Shown: piece by piece, positions 24,561 to 38,801 of the stretch | Numbering within the stretch: position 1 is the first letter of the stretch | How the letters are laid out: every line of letters starts with the position of its first letter | Source of the DNA: Octopus sinensis | Taxonomy: Eukaryota | Assembly (NCBI RefSeq): GCF_006345805.1 | Contig: NW_021836133.1 | Location: 186,001 to 250,000 of the forward strand | Length of the DNA: 64,000 nucleotides | Direction of reading: 5' to 3' | Position numbers and translations under genes: made by a program | The notes under the pieces: model-generated | The model's input: only the letters and a program-made list of their open reading frames with translations | Database searches by the model: none | Told to the model about the DNA's origin: nothing

Positions 24561-25400
24561 ACTTCGATTGACTTTACGACAGTTTCATTAACGAAATTTA
24601 TAAATCATTCAGAAAACGACCGTTATTTTTTATTCCAGTTTATTCGAACGAGAAAATCACGTTTCTCTCTCCGTACCTGATAAGCCGATTCATCACATGT
24701 CATTAACAACTATTCATGTCAGTATTTGGAATATGTGGATTAATATGCAGTTGACAGAAATAATAATCAGACTACGAAGGCTTGTTATGAGTAGTTATGC
24801 CATAATATGAGTAGTTAGCTCTACGAAAACATTCTAAAGGGAAGGTGGAGCTAGACTGGCCATAGGGAGTATGGTTTTATTTATGATTAGTAAAAAATGA
24901 ACTTACAAAATTTAATTAGATGTACTTTTTATGGACCGATTAGAAAAATCTAAATAAAAGATACAGATAATTATTTCAATAATAATTATAAACTATTTTT
25001 CATTAATTATTGTTTAATTATCTTGATTTTTAATGACAAACCTAATAGATTTTTAGACACGTTTTATTTAGTTTGTTGTACTCTCTATTAATTAGCTTTG
25101 CTTTATTTTTTGTATTAAATTGGATTCAGAAGGAATATTTTGTGATGAAGTTTCTTTCAGTGATTTAATTATCTGAAATTTCGTCATTTTTGTGATATTT
25201 TCCGATTTTATTCCTCTAATCTGTTTCTAATTTTTTTCAAATTATATTCCTCTCATTTCAAAGTTTTTGACCAGAAGGACTGTTTTCGGTCGTTTTACTT
25301 GTCTTCACGGCTTCTTAATTTCAGTTTATTAGTTAATGAAATTAAAAATTCTGCAAAAATTTCTACTTTAAAAACGGAAAAAACAAAATTAATCATAATA
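24561..25400. repeat. Dispersed ~0.8-kb repeat, copy 2
   Basis: Same orientation as, and near-identical to, 3819-4594. Confidence 0.9.
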
Positions 25401-25731
25401 GTTGTAAAGGATTGTTGTTTCTTCTTTTGTATTGAAAAGAATTGTTTTAAGGATTTCTCTCCAAATTTGAATTTGACTCAATTTGATTTTTTTATTTCCT
25501 ACAAACTCTTTTATTATTGAAGATATTCGATTCTCCATTGAAATTAATTTATTAAAAAATCTTATTTAAATTAAGCAATCCTTCAAAAACTGTCAAGTCA
25601 CAATCGTTTTCGATCACTAAGTGAATAAAAAGTATGACAAGTGAAATCATTATAATTAAAGCTAATATTGTGAATAATTCATCGGTTAGACATTTAATTG
25701 ATATATTTTTCAAACTGTATTTGTTAATGTA

Positions 25732-26645
25732 CACCCCTCGACATTAAAATCCGGACAGTTAATAAGTCGTCATTTTTATTATCAATTTTATAAAATTAAA
25801 AACTTGTTTGCAGAAAAATACTCCTTTGTTGCTTTCGAATATGACATGGGGCATTGTCTTGTTGGAATATGAAGCTATTTAATCCCATTTTAATGGCTGA
25901 TTTTACCAGATTGTTGGCAAGAATGTTTATATATTGTCCTGAGTTTATTTTTTCATCGATGAAACATAACGAACCCATTCCAAAATATGAAAAGCATCCC
26001 CAGACCATAATTTTGCCGCCACCACACTTAACAGTTGGGTGATAATTTGAATTTTTGAATTCATTTCCCCTTTTTCGGTATATTATTTGTCTTTATGGTG
26101 CATAATAAACTTCAAAAGTACACTCGTATGAAAAAATTACTGATCTCCATCCTTCATCATATATATCAACGAATATTTTCGATATTTCATATTTTTGAGT
26201 ATGTTTTTTTTACTTAATAACGGTTTTTTCTTTGCTACTCTTCCAAATAAAACATTCTTATTTAAATTGCGAGTAATTGTTCGCGGGGAAATTACTTTTT
26301 GAGTGATGGTTTCCATTTCTAGAGCGAGGTCTTTAGCAGATTTTTCACTATTGGCTTCAGAAAGTTCCACTAACATTTTGATTTTGTTTGTATTGAGTAA
26401 TGTTGGTCGTCCAGACCCACTTTTTCTATAAATGGTTCCTGAGTTTATGTATTTTCGAATAACATCGAAAACGGTCGATTTCGGAACTCCGAGGATATCA
26501 GAAATTCTCCTATAAGAAAAATTTTGCTGGTAATAAAAAATAATTTGTCCTTTACAAAAAGAATCCATTAATTTTTTCTAAAATATTTAAAAAAAATTAG
26601 CTCTTTTAACTATAATAGCAAAAGTATCCGGAATTTTACGCCACT
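25732..26645 (-). mobile_element. Tc1-family transposon remnant (frameshifted, C-terminus deleted)
   Basis: Paired-like HTH with SGSGRP and KKPLLS, then TVKCGGGKIMVWGCFSYFG and FQQDNAPCH. The SPDLNPIE motif is absent. Confidence 0.85.
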
Positions 26646-27047
26646 AAAAACAGTTTAAAGTTTCTACTAGCAATTAATCAACTAAGAATTTCTACTAGCA
26701 ATTAATCAACTAAGAATGTCCTTGTTTGGTCAATAAATGTGTAATGTTTTGTCATACGCATTTATGCACTGGATTCCGTCCTCTATGTCCTCTGAAGCCC
26801 AAATCTAGTTCTGAGAGAGTAGATAACTGACATGGACAATTCGTAGGATTCTCGTCTATTTATTGACCACAAACAAATATCAGTCAACATTGCCAGTCGA
26901 TGTAACAGAACAGACTGTGCTTGGTCGATTAGGTACCAACTTTAATGAGATGTACGAGTTGTAGGACCCCTGTCTTTTAATATAATTATAAGAATATGTT
27001 TATATATATTTGTTGGGTGGGTGGTAATAAATAAAATTGAGGTTTGA

Positions 27048-28944
27048 ATGGACGATGTGGATCTGGATGACTTGTCGAAACCTCTGTTGAACACGTCGAG
27101 TAGTGGGACCTTCTCGACTACGGAAAGGGACTGGTTGGTAAGCTCAGTGTACGACTACTACCGAAAGAAAGGAATATGGTGCATAATAGTGGACGAACTA
27201 TTCAATATAATGTATTAAAGACTAAGTGAATATAGACGAATTGTGTTTTTGTGTGTGTTTGTAATGTACGTATATAAATGTGTGGACTTTGATTGGTGGA
27301 ATATGAAAGAAGGGAACATATCAGACATATTCCTACCAGTGGAGTCATGTCTAAGAGTGTGTAGTAGAGGGGAAATGTGTATAGTGGTGGGAGTGGGAAT
27401 ATTCAGTGTTGTCAAAATATGTATTCTATTATGGAGACTGCCCCATTTGTGGAATATGAGGAGATTATTGAAGGATATGTCTATAAATTCAGTAAATGAG
27501 TGGATGTGATGGTAGAATGAACTGTACGTGACTGCATGGGAGAGGATTGAGAGAGGACTAATAGACAAGGACAGTGGCCTAGATGAATTACGTAAGAATG
27601 TAAGTATAATGTAAGTTTGCCACAGCATGATTGTCCGACATACCAATTTTATGGTAGGACTAATAAGAGAATTCGAATCTATTCCTTGCTTTACAAAATT
27701 GATGGAATTGTACTTGTTTAAGCTCTTATTTCCGTCGTGTGTGCAGGGGACTGTATTCTCAACAAGGGTGAGTATAGCAGAGATATACCGAGTGGGGGGT
27801 CTGAGGGAATATGCGGAGAGAACGTACCCTTCTCTAATATGGTAGAATTAGAACACGGTTGGTGGTGATGTGCTTGTTTGGCTTAGTTTTATCCCCATTC
27901 TTGTTTGTTGTCCAACTGTTGTATGTGTGCTTCGAATATGCTGAGGTATGTCTGTCTGATTAGTTTAGATGATTCGTAGGGCTCCTTCCAGTATATTTCG
28001 ACACCGCTGGACTCCTATTGCTTACTATTCCCTTCGTAACTACTCTGAATTGGATCATGAATTGGAGGAAAGACTTGCTTTGGCCTATCCTTTTGCCAAT
28101 CAGTATATTCAATGTTTTTCTTCCCCATTGGTGGGTGTGTTGGCAAGACATGCTACTTATTTTGCGGGGGCTGTCCTTCTCTTGTTTGCTGTACTTACAC
28201 TCCTTCATGACACTATTCTTCAAGTCCCCAGAATTGTGACTGCTATTGCCATCACTAGTCTGTCTTTGTTTATTTACATTCCAGCTGCTGTTTATGCCTT
28301 TGCTAGTAGTCGACAGGTTGTTTTCTCTCTCCTTATCTTAGTCTACCACTACTAATCCACACCACATTATCCCCCATCTGGTAGCACATTTATATCATTT
28401 CTCCCCCGACCAACATCAACCACTCCACACTTATCGACATTTTACACTCCTCTTTCAATCACATTTAGTTGTACTTATTCAACACTTACAGATTTATTTG
28501 ATACAACAAGTGGCTGCACCGTTTACTGCTCCCTTATTTCTTTTCTTCTTTTTTAGACATCAAATACCACGACTTGTACATTTTGTTTGTCAACATACTC
28601 TCCGTACACACGCAGGTGGAGATATGCTGGACTATGCTCTCCTTCATGTCCCCCCTGACCACACCACTCTTCATGATAAACTCGAAATATCACTTCTTGC
28701 ATTTTCGGTGCTTTTATTCTTACATTTCAGAGAAACAATCCAAGTTGGACTCCCCCTTCACAAACTCGAACATTTATCCTACAACACGCTCGTGACAGTT
28801 TGCCTTCTTTTTCTATTTTTAGTGCAAGCCTACTTACAGTCCACTGAGCCCTCTTCACTTCCCCTAAATACTGACTTGGATGGGGTTAACCACGAGTTTC
28901 TAACGAGTATTATATATTCCCGCATGAGGAGAGACGCCCAATAA
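27048..28944 (+). CDS. ATG9: Autophagy-related protein 9, multi-exon
   Basis: VYDYYRKKGIWCIIVDELFNI, IVRHTNFMV, RWTPIAYYSLRNYSELDHELEERLALAYPFANQYIQCF..YFAGA, PFTAPLFLFF..GGDMLDYA, KLEISLLAFS|RNNPSW. GT-AG introns of ~23-25 nt restore the frame where checked. Confidence 0.9.
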
Positions 28945-31900
28945 TATATTTTGTATTTTTTCATTCCCTGTTTGAATAGCAGTAGTACGTAGATAGGGTG
29001 ACTACACTTCAAGCTTTCGTCAATATGGACATAATTTTTGGAGAGAATCAGCACTGCGTTAAACAGTTAGGAACTGGCAGTCAGTTGCTTATATTGAACG
29101 GTATTCAGCATGTCGCATAATCTGTTTTAATCTTGAATACAGTCTACAACAATCTTGAAAGTTCTTTACTGTATCAGATATTTTTGAGTAGTGCAGTCAA
29201 GTGTCATCAACAGGACTTTTACTCGTTCACACCTCAGTTTGAATCGAATGTAGTTTTATTAGGATTTCAAACAGAGCTAGTTTTTCTTTTGTTGAGAGAA
29301 CTATTTCGCAATTGTATAGGATTCTTACGAAAGATAGACATTCTAAAAACAAATTATTCCTAAAACCTATTATTTTTGAATTTTGGATGCAAAATGGAAA
29401 AATTCCAAAGTGAAAGTAAAATAGAGTTAAAAATTAAGTTTTCTTAAGTTTTTTACTACACGATAATTCAGTGTACAATTATTAATCAAATGTGAAATAA
29501 ATATTACTAAAAACAGGTTAAAATGAAAAATTTTGTACTATTTTTCCGACTGAATTATCAACCTTACAGCGTCGGTTAATAAGAGTAAAAATTTTTTCTT
29601 TCAGCATTCACAAAACGAATTGTACCGTTTACAATCTAACATACAACTCGGCAAAAAATTTAATGCTCTATAATCGCTAAGATAGATGCTATAAGTTATT
29701 TTCTCAATAAGAATATTTACAATTTTGTCTTAGCTAGCATCAGTTCCATCAATAATTAGAAAAATCTTTTCATTAATTAACAATCCGATTATTTTATTTC
29801 ACATTTTTCGGTCAAAATTCCGACATTATTTTGACATTTTGATTCTGAAGGTAACTTGAATTCAATAATTAAAAAAATTATTAAGGCAGAATTAATATAA
29901 TGTAATATTTCTTAAACATATGCCAAATGAATGGAAAGTCTGCCAAATGAAGTATAAATATAAAAAATGTTGGTTCCAAAATAGAGACCAATTCTCAATT
30001 CCTCCCAACACAAGGTTCATTGACAGAACTGTGCCAACCGTTGACTATATAAGATCATTGTACATACTTGATCTTCTTCTAAAAAACAAAAAACCTGTAA
30101 ATATTTAATCCAACTGACCAGGTGCTTTGCGTGGGTCCGACCGGGATTTCCAAAACCGTGACAATCACGGGAAAATTGACCAAAAATGTTCCAAATGAAT
30201 ATATATCAGAATTCATAATTTTTTCGGCGACATTTAGAAACTCTAATTTTACAGAAACAATATTAGGACATGATTAATTATTTTTGTTCAGCAAAATAGA
30301 ATTTTCCAAAAATGTCACTTATCATTTTTGTCATCAATCTCCAAACCACTACAACAATCCAACTCTTCTGAGGTGTTCTGAGCATTTCAATTACAAGCTC
30401 ACTTCTACTTCCGCAGGCTCAATGTGTTTTAGACTTTGCTAATCTTAAAGAATTTATTATGTTGACTTTTTCATTCTAACAAATTTTATTTTCATTTCAA
30501 AAATGATTTTTCTACTTAGTTTGTCTTCTTGTTACCGATCGGAGGGTCGAACGCTTGTCGATATTATTGTGGCTCTCTGGTTGACGTAAATCACTAATGT
30601 CACTAACAAATCCTTAAATCCGTTACGTGGGAATTGTTTTGCAGTACTGTTAACCTAGCTTTACTTAGTTATTTGTATTCGATTTTTAAGAACTTCGCCA
30701 AATCTTTTTCCTTTCTATGCTCAGAACAGTTTGAGCTTGTGAGTTTCCGTTTGCCTCCAAACCTTCGGAATAAACAATGGGCAGCACTCTAAACACCTGT
30801 TTCTTTTCTTTTTCCTCTTCTCTTGGCCAGACCTCTCAAAAAGTGCAATGGAGCGACATCCTCTGAGTAATAAAAGACTCAATCAACGAGCATCAAGAGA
30901 TAATATAGATTGCAGTCAGCATGGCATCTGACTTAAGAGACGAATCATTTTTTTGATATTAAAAAAGTTTTTACTGGTTTTTAAAAACGAATAGTGTGCT
31001 CAGGACGCCGAAATGAACATTTAATCCTAATGTTTCTCTTTGTAATATATGTGGCGAGAGTAAAATCATGCTAAATTTCATAAATGTTGATCACTGTCAA
31101 ATCAAAAATTAACGACTATTTATTATAAACATACTCCCCACTTTATTAAACGTTTACAAAATTGATAGAAAATTTTGAAACAATAGTTACATTTTACCAG
31201 TATGAATATTCAAACTTTTGTAAATAGAAAAAAGTAATCGTCACATAATATCTCTAAATAAGAAGCTTCTTGCTAATTATAAAATAAATACAATAAACTC
31301 CGTGATGATCTGATTAAATCTTTCGACAATTCCCTGACTCTTTGGATTGTTTAGTCTCATATGTATTTGAGTAATGCAGAACTTGTCACAGACTTTGTCA
31401 TATAAGAGTTCTTTGATTCAGATAAAAATTTATCAAAATTGTTTTAACTTTTACTCCAGCTTTTATTTTTCCTATTCTTCTAAAAGCATGATTAGAATAA
31501 ATGTCTATTACAAACATTAATCAAGAAAAATGACTTTTCACATTTAAATCTACAAAATAAGCTAATTTTATGACTTTTGAAAAATCTTAACCTAATCTAC
31601 CCAAATCAGGTCCTTTGGCCTTTCTAACATCCATTCGTTTATCATGAGCTGGTTTGAATAATGAGGGTTTATTGAGTCCATTTCAATGTCTTGTGAATCT
31701 GTATTCTGATCCATCATCCGATTAATGCGACATTTCATGTCAAAACGGCTAAGAGATATTCTCGGGTGACTAACTCTTTTCTATCTTTTAAAAAAGCATT
31801 TCTTCTTTTTTCTTGGTCTTCTATTAGCTTTCCGGTGTATTTGTATTTTGAAAAACGGGGATGTCAAATTCAGGAGATAGTTCAGTCCCGCCTGATTACA

Positions 31901-33026
31901 TTTTAATTTGGGATAAATGTTTTTATTAGATATATTATATGTAAAAAAAAATAATGATTTTTTAAATATTCAAAAAGTGTGTTGGATTTTTCCGACAGAT
32001 AGTCGACATTATACTTAATCTTAACATATAATCACATATAATACATTTCCATCATTCAAAATAATTTTTGCAAAATATTGTTTAACTCCGTGGTCATTCC
32101 TGCAACATTAAGTTCCCCCAAATAAGTCAATTTGACAAGCCACTGTTCCACCAAGAACCTAATCTATCCAAATCAGACATGTGTGGTTGCCTCGGAAGTT
32201 AATTGGTCTCGTCTGATTATTTCAAATAAAATTCCGTAGAATTCTCCCGTCATTATTTGTCTGTCGGAAATTTCTAAATTCATTCTTCTAAACTCAGAAA
32301 TCATTGGTTCATTCTCCGTCAAATTTAATTCGATTTATGCTTATTTTAAATCAACAAAATACACAAAGTTTACCTTTTTAGTTCTGTCATTACCTCGCAG
32401 TGCAACTGTTCAAAACTTGAAACTCTATCCAAAAGTGAATTAAAACGACATTTCAGATCATTTAGAAGTCTTTCACTGCATTCGGACTGTTCTTTAAGGT
32501 TTTCGACGAGGTTTTAAAATTTGTTGGACCCGGACAGACGGAAGTGAATCTACGGCCCTTATCTGGGAAAAAACGAATATTTTTTATTGATGATTTGAAT
32601 ATACCAGCACCAGAGATCTGGAGAGCTCAAACTCCAATCGAATTAATTCGGCAGTGTCTCGGAAACGGAGGTTGGTACAACAGGAAAATGATTGGTTCGG
32701 TCATTTATGTCTATTTTGTGTAGAAGACTTTTGCAAACTGATTGACATTAATTTCTGTTGTACAATGGGTCCTCATGGTGGGGGTAGAAACGCGGTGATG
32801 CAGGAGTTTTTGAGATACTTCAGCATGGTCTCCTTTGTGGAAATGAGTGACACAAGCATCCGCCACATATTCGACACAATCATACGCACGTGGCCAGGTT
32901 AAGAAGTAAAGATGAATAATTCAGATGGGCATAAATCGATTTTGGGACACGTAGATCAGATTGTTATGGCATATACCAAAATGTCCTCAAATTTTTCCTT
33001 CCGACTCCGAACAAGACTCTTTACAA

Positions 33027-34899
33027 CAGAGGTGTCAATTTCGCTTCGAGGGCCACATTTATAAAATTTCTCATTAAGGGAAGATTAATTCTGATATTTA
33101 TTATCATGAATAACTAAAATAAAAGAAACTAAATTATTCAATCATCGCCCTTTAATTTTGGTGAAAGCTGCTTCCAGAGGATGACATCTTTTTTTTAGAT
33201 AGAATTTTTGATATGTCAGGCTGAGCTATTCATTTAGTTCCGACTTTTATTAAAGAAGATAAATGTTCATCATTTAATCTTGTTCTTTGAGCAGTTTTTG
33301 TCAATTTCATAAAAGAAAAAAAGCTGTTCACACAAATATGTCGAACCAAACATAGCAATGATTTTTGTCGCAAACTTTTTAAAGTTTTTAAACTTTCCAG
33401 AAAGATATGAAAAGAAAGCAGGTATTCCAGCCTCCAAATATTTAGCTTTAAGTATAAAATCTGATTCCAAAAGTTCCATTTGTAAACTTTCATCTGCATT
33501 GGAAGCATTAAAAGAGAATGGTGATGCGATTAATGAAAATTGTTGTTCAAAAGACAAAAGATCATTAAATCTTTCTTGAAATTCCTTTAACAACGATTCT
33601 AGTTGTTTTTCATACTGAGAAAAATTTATTACTTGATCCAAGATTGACTTTTCATTTCGTCTGTGTTTTGCCCTTTCATCTCCATAAATAAAATTATTTC
33701 CGATCTCAACGAAGAAAATCTTTTAACAACTTTTTGAAGTGATAACCAGCGGACTGGAGTATAAAACGAAATGTCGCTGAACTGATTATAAATATCTGTC
33801 AGCAGTTTACTAAACTGCCGGTGGTTGAGGGGATGACCTCTGATATAGTTTACTGTTTTTGTGACCAAACTAATGGTATTTTCCACTTTTAATATTTTTG
33901 AACACAAATATTGCTGATGAATAATACAATAAAAATGAGCAAATGATGACCCGGGATTTACCTTTTCTATTTCAGCTCGCAATTTGGCGGCAACGCCAGA
34001 ATGTCGTCCAACCATATTCGGAGCACCATCAGTGCATAAACATACAAGCTTTTTCAAATCAAACCCATATTCAAAGAGAATTTGTAGTAGTTTTATAAAG
34101 ATATCTTTACTTGTAGTAGTATCGTGCATTGGTACCAGTTCGAGAAATTCTTCATTAATATTAAAATCTGAATCACAGACTCTAACAAAGATTGCTAATT
34201 GTGCAAATCCAACGACGTCGACTGTTTCATCGATTGCAACTGAAAAATATTCGAATTTTTACAAATCAGACTTTAATTGGTGTTTCAAATTCAATGCCAT
34301 TTCATTAATGTGTTCGGCAACAGTATTTCTTGTTAATGAAATATCTTTAAACAAGTGGGCGTCGTCTGAACAAATAATATTCGCTGTTTTTTGAAGGCAT
34401 TGCTTGATGAAATTACCATCACAATATGATTTTCCATTTACTGCAAGCATTCTGCTGATTTCATAGCTTGTAGTGACTAATGCAGTACTTCGATTATGAC
34501 TTTTTGTGAAATGAGTCTGTAACGCAGATAAATTTTTTCGCAATTCATTTGAAACATGCATTGGACCTTCTTGGTTAATAAGCAGCCTTCGAAATAATTG
34601 TATGATAGATGATTAGATTGATAATGCCTCTTTAGGTTGTGTTCTTTCGGTATAGCGATAAAATTGTTACATATCAAACAATGTCCATCAACCTTTGTGT
34701 AAAAATAGAAAAGTTCTCATTTATCTAGAAACACTCTCCGTTCATCTTTCAAGCATCGTTTCTTTATTATTGCAGAAAAAGCACGTGACATTAACAAACA
34801 CGATTTAAAAATACAATTAAAAAGTTTAATTAAATGTAACAAAAATAAAAAAAATAATTTTTTGTAGATTTTTTGTAGACCGCATGTTTGACACCCCTG
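33027..34899 (-). mobile_element. hAT transposon (SPIN/GTF2IRD2-like), frameshifted, inserted in the dynein pseudogene
   Basis: Imperfect TIRs CAGAGGTGTCAA / TTTGACACCCCTG. Motifs KEHNLKRHY, CTDGAPNM, CIIHQQ, VRWLS, MFGSTYLCEQLF. It splits dynein PTPNKT|HYTFN. The 8-bp TSD has diverged (CTTTACAA vs CACTACAC). Confidence 0.9.
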
Positions 34900-37800
34900 C
34901 ACTACACGTTCAACATGGAAGCTAATCTAAAGGAGACTCAGATTGTGTTTCTCTTCAATGACACACAGGTTGGGACTTGAAGAGACCTCAATGGCAGATC
35001 AAAGACGAAGGATTCCTAGAGAGCCTCAACAACATTTTAAATTCAAGAGATGTTCAAAATCTTTACGGAAATGAAGAATTGGACAAAATATATCAGCAAA
35101 TGCAGCCAATTTGTAGTGAGATGGGGATGCAGCCTACCAAGACAAATTTATACTTGATATACACCAAGAGAGTGAGAACTAATCTGCACACAGTGGTTAC
35201 CAATCAGTGGCGGAAAGGTTCTTGACAGATTTCCCTGAATTGGAAGACGACCAAGAAACAATCTCAGAAATAGTAAAGACTGAATAAAATAATCATCGAT
35301 TAAATCCTGTCGACTTATCTACCAAAATGTGATCGAACTGTCCAACAAATTCCTGATTGAAATGAACTGTCATAACTACGTGACTTCTACTAGATATCTC
35401 GAATTGACTTCATCTTTTTCTTACCTGCTCAGAATCATGAGATCTCAAGTCGTATCTGTCAAAAACAGACTAAAAACGGGAACAAGTCTATAAAGTAGTA
35501 GAAGAAACAAGAGCTCATGTTAAGAAGGAAGAAACTGATGCATGTGCAAAGGCAGAAAAGTGCCAGAACATCGCTGACTATGCCCAACGAGACCTGAGTG
35601 AAGCCCTTCCCATACTGATTGGGCAATACGTCTTAGATTAGAGTGCCGCCTTATTGAGTCTCAAGTCCTTCAACAAGAATGACGTATTCGAAGTAAAGGC
35701 TATGTCCTGTCCTCCCGATGGGGTCAAACTTGTGATGGAGACTGTGTGCATTATGAAGGGGGTCAAGCCCAAAAAAGTCCCCACCGACATTCCCGAAGTC
35801 AAGGTCGACGATTTTTGAGACCCCGGAAAGACCCTTTCCAAAAACCTCAAAAATTTATCGACTCTCTTTTCACCTACGACAAGGACAACACCCCCGAAGA
35901 CATCATAAGGAAGATACGTCCTTACATCGATGGGTACGGGAACTCGGCAGCAAGAAATCCCGGTGCAACAGACTGTCGAGACTTTGGAATACACGTTACA
36001 AAATTTTGTGGGGGATATTTTCATAGCTGCCGTGTCGATTGCCTATTTGGGACCATTCACGGTATAAAATTTAGATAATTTTATTAAAGTATAAATATCG
36101 GGCTATTCTATACGAGAAATGTCTAAAAGTCCTTGCTGAGTGGAAGGTCCCTATTACTGACCACCTGAAGATCGTGAGATCTGTGGGGACCCAATAATAA
36201 TACAGAATTAGCAAATTACCGGACTGCCTAAAGACAACTTTTCGGTAGAAAATGCACTCATCGCCAATAACTCAAAACGGTAGCCACTATTTATTAACTC
36301 ATGGATTGAAACGCTGGAGAAGAACTCGACCCAGTCCTTGACTCTCTGCTTCTGAGACAAGTAAAATAACCTGAACGATTGAAGACCTTCAAACAATCGG
36401 GGACCACTGTAATCAGATTGGGGGACACAGTCATCCCCTACCACGCCGACTTTCGGTTTTATATCACCACCAAAATGTCGAATCCACATTACATGCCAGA
36501 AATAAGTGTGAAAGTGGTTTTGATCAATTTTACTCTCAGTCCTCGGTATAAAAGTCATTTTCAGTTTTAGAGGTCTCGAGGATCAGTTATTGGGGATTGT
36601 CGTGGCGGAGGAACGTTCTGATCTTGAAGAGGCCAAGAACCAGTTGATTGTCAATAATGCTCGAATGAGGCATATAAATACAAATCAATATTCAAATAGG
36701 AACGAATTGAAGGAATTGGAGGACAAAATTCTTGTTCGACTCAGTGCATCGGAAGGCAACCCCGTGGATGACATTGACCTAATAAAAATGCTGGCATGCG
36801 GGTAGCTATGAATACTCAAGTACTGTTTTTTTTCGTAGTGGATTTGGCTAAGATTGACCCAATGTATCAATACTCGTTGGAGTGGTTCGGAAAAATATTT
36901 CTCAACAGTATTGCCAACGCAAAAAACTCAGGTCATCTCAAAAAGCAGGAACTAAATTGTAGATGATCTGAAAGAGAGAATAACTTTCATAAACGAATAT
37001 TTTACTTTCAATTTGTACTCCAATGTGTGTCGATCGCTCTTTGAACGTAACAAACTCTTGTTTGTATTCCTCTTTTGTGTGCGAATCAAACAGAACTTTG
37101 GAGAAATAAAGGCAGTTTTTAAAATTCAACGAGTGTTTAGAACGAGTGAAGATATCTCCTGTTGAGCTCATTCGAAAAGACCATTCAAAAACCGAACCCC
37201 GCTCCAGACTGGCTCTCAGACAGAAATTGGAAGGAATTGGAGGGACTGGCCTTACTGGACTCATTTAAAGGAATAGTCGCACACTTTATTGACAATTTTT
37301 GCAAATATAAACATATGTTTGATAGTTCAGATCCCCACAAGTACATCTTATAGTTTTATTAACAACCATCCACTGCCAGCTCTCTGAGAATGATTGTCCT
37401 CAAATGTCTTCGGTCTGATAAAATAACCCCGAATATGCAGCAATACGTCTCCAACAACCTTGGAAGCCATTTCATCGAGCCTCAGGTGAATTTGGGTGAT
37501 GGAGACGGTTTAGACTACTCACCTTAGTCTAGTCTTCAAGGACTCATCTCCCTTCGTTCTTTTCGTCTTCATTATTTCTGCTGGAACTTACCCTGCGGCG
37601 GATTTATACAAATTCGCGCAGGAAATGCGCTTTTTTAAAAAACTTTTGTCAATTTCTTTTGGACAAGGACAAGGCCCCAGGGCTGAAGAGATTATGAGAG
37701 AAGAAATTGAGCACTGGTTAGCTTGTTTTATGGAGTCATCTTGAAGAGGAGGAAATTTGGGTCCCTGGGATTTAATATTCCTTACGAATTCACAGACGGA

Positions 37801-38666
37801 GACTTGCGGATATGTATTAGTCAGTTGAAAATATTTTTAATGGAAAGTAAAAAAGTTTTAAGCCATATTTATATAAAAACACGTCTTAAAGTACACTGCT
37901 GGGAGATAAACTACGGCGGACGACTCACCGACGACTGGGACAGAAGGACAGTCGCCTACATGCTGGAGGATTTTTACAGCGACCGTGTCCTTGAAGAGAA
38001 ATACACTTTTTCCAAAACAGGAGTATTTTTCCAACTTCATCCTTCGACGGACCACAGAGTTATGTTACTGATTTTAGTTGCCAGGGGTATTTGACCTATA
38101 TAAGAGACCTGCCTATCAATGATAGCCCGGAGATATTCAGACTGCACGAGAATCCAGATATAACTTTCGCTCAAAACCAAAGTGCCAGAATACCAGAAGA
38201 CTCGTCTGAAATGTCTGTTTATTAGTTTATGATTGAGATTGTGGACAAACTTGTCAGAGATATCTTCCCCATTCTTTCCCTCGAATTCAGCATAGTGGAA
38301 ATATCTTTAAAGTATCCCGTCCTTTACGAAGAGTCAATGAACACTTCCCTCATCCAAGAAGCCATAGTGGATAATATTATATGTCAGTTAGAATCGTCTT
38401 CTTGGTGTCATTAGAAGGTGTTTGGAAAACTTACTCAAGGCCGTCAAAGGACTGGTTGTCATTTCCCAGGAGTTGAAGGACATGGCACAAAGTTTGTACA
38501 CCAATAGTGGGAAATTGTGTATTCTCTGTTTTTTTAGTTTTTAGGGATATCCCTCACTCAAATCACTCTCTGCCTGGATGATGGACTTGGTGGACTGGAC
38601 GAGATTCATTGGCGATTGGATAAATGGCGGAATTCCCAAGGTCTCATAAAGGCAATATGCTTAAGT

Positions 38667-38801
38667 TAGTTAACTTTTTTTTTTAACAAGTCAAAATTGT
38701 TTTAATCAATTATTTTAGAATGACCCTAGGATAGCGTGTGAATTTCCGCGGACAATTGCACACGAAATCCTCTGGAAGAGCCACGACGTCTCCCGCGGAT
38801 C
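38667..38801 (-). mobile_element. 135-bp 5'-truncated CRE-like retroelement stub with 12-bp TSD
   Basis: ATATGCTTAAGT at 38655-38666 and 38802-38813. Encodes DPRETSWLFQRISCAIVRGNSHAILGSF* followed by an A-rich tail. Confidence 0.9.

Noticed and set aside
26660-26718. Short direct duplications (also ~42620/43140 and ~13920/14440)
   Set aside because: Ordinary repair or slippage scars within transposon debris.
30230-32530. Insert within the dynein pseudogene as a single novel element
   Set aside because: No TIR, TSD or ORF found. It looks like mixed decayed transposon debris.
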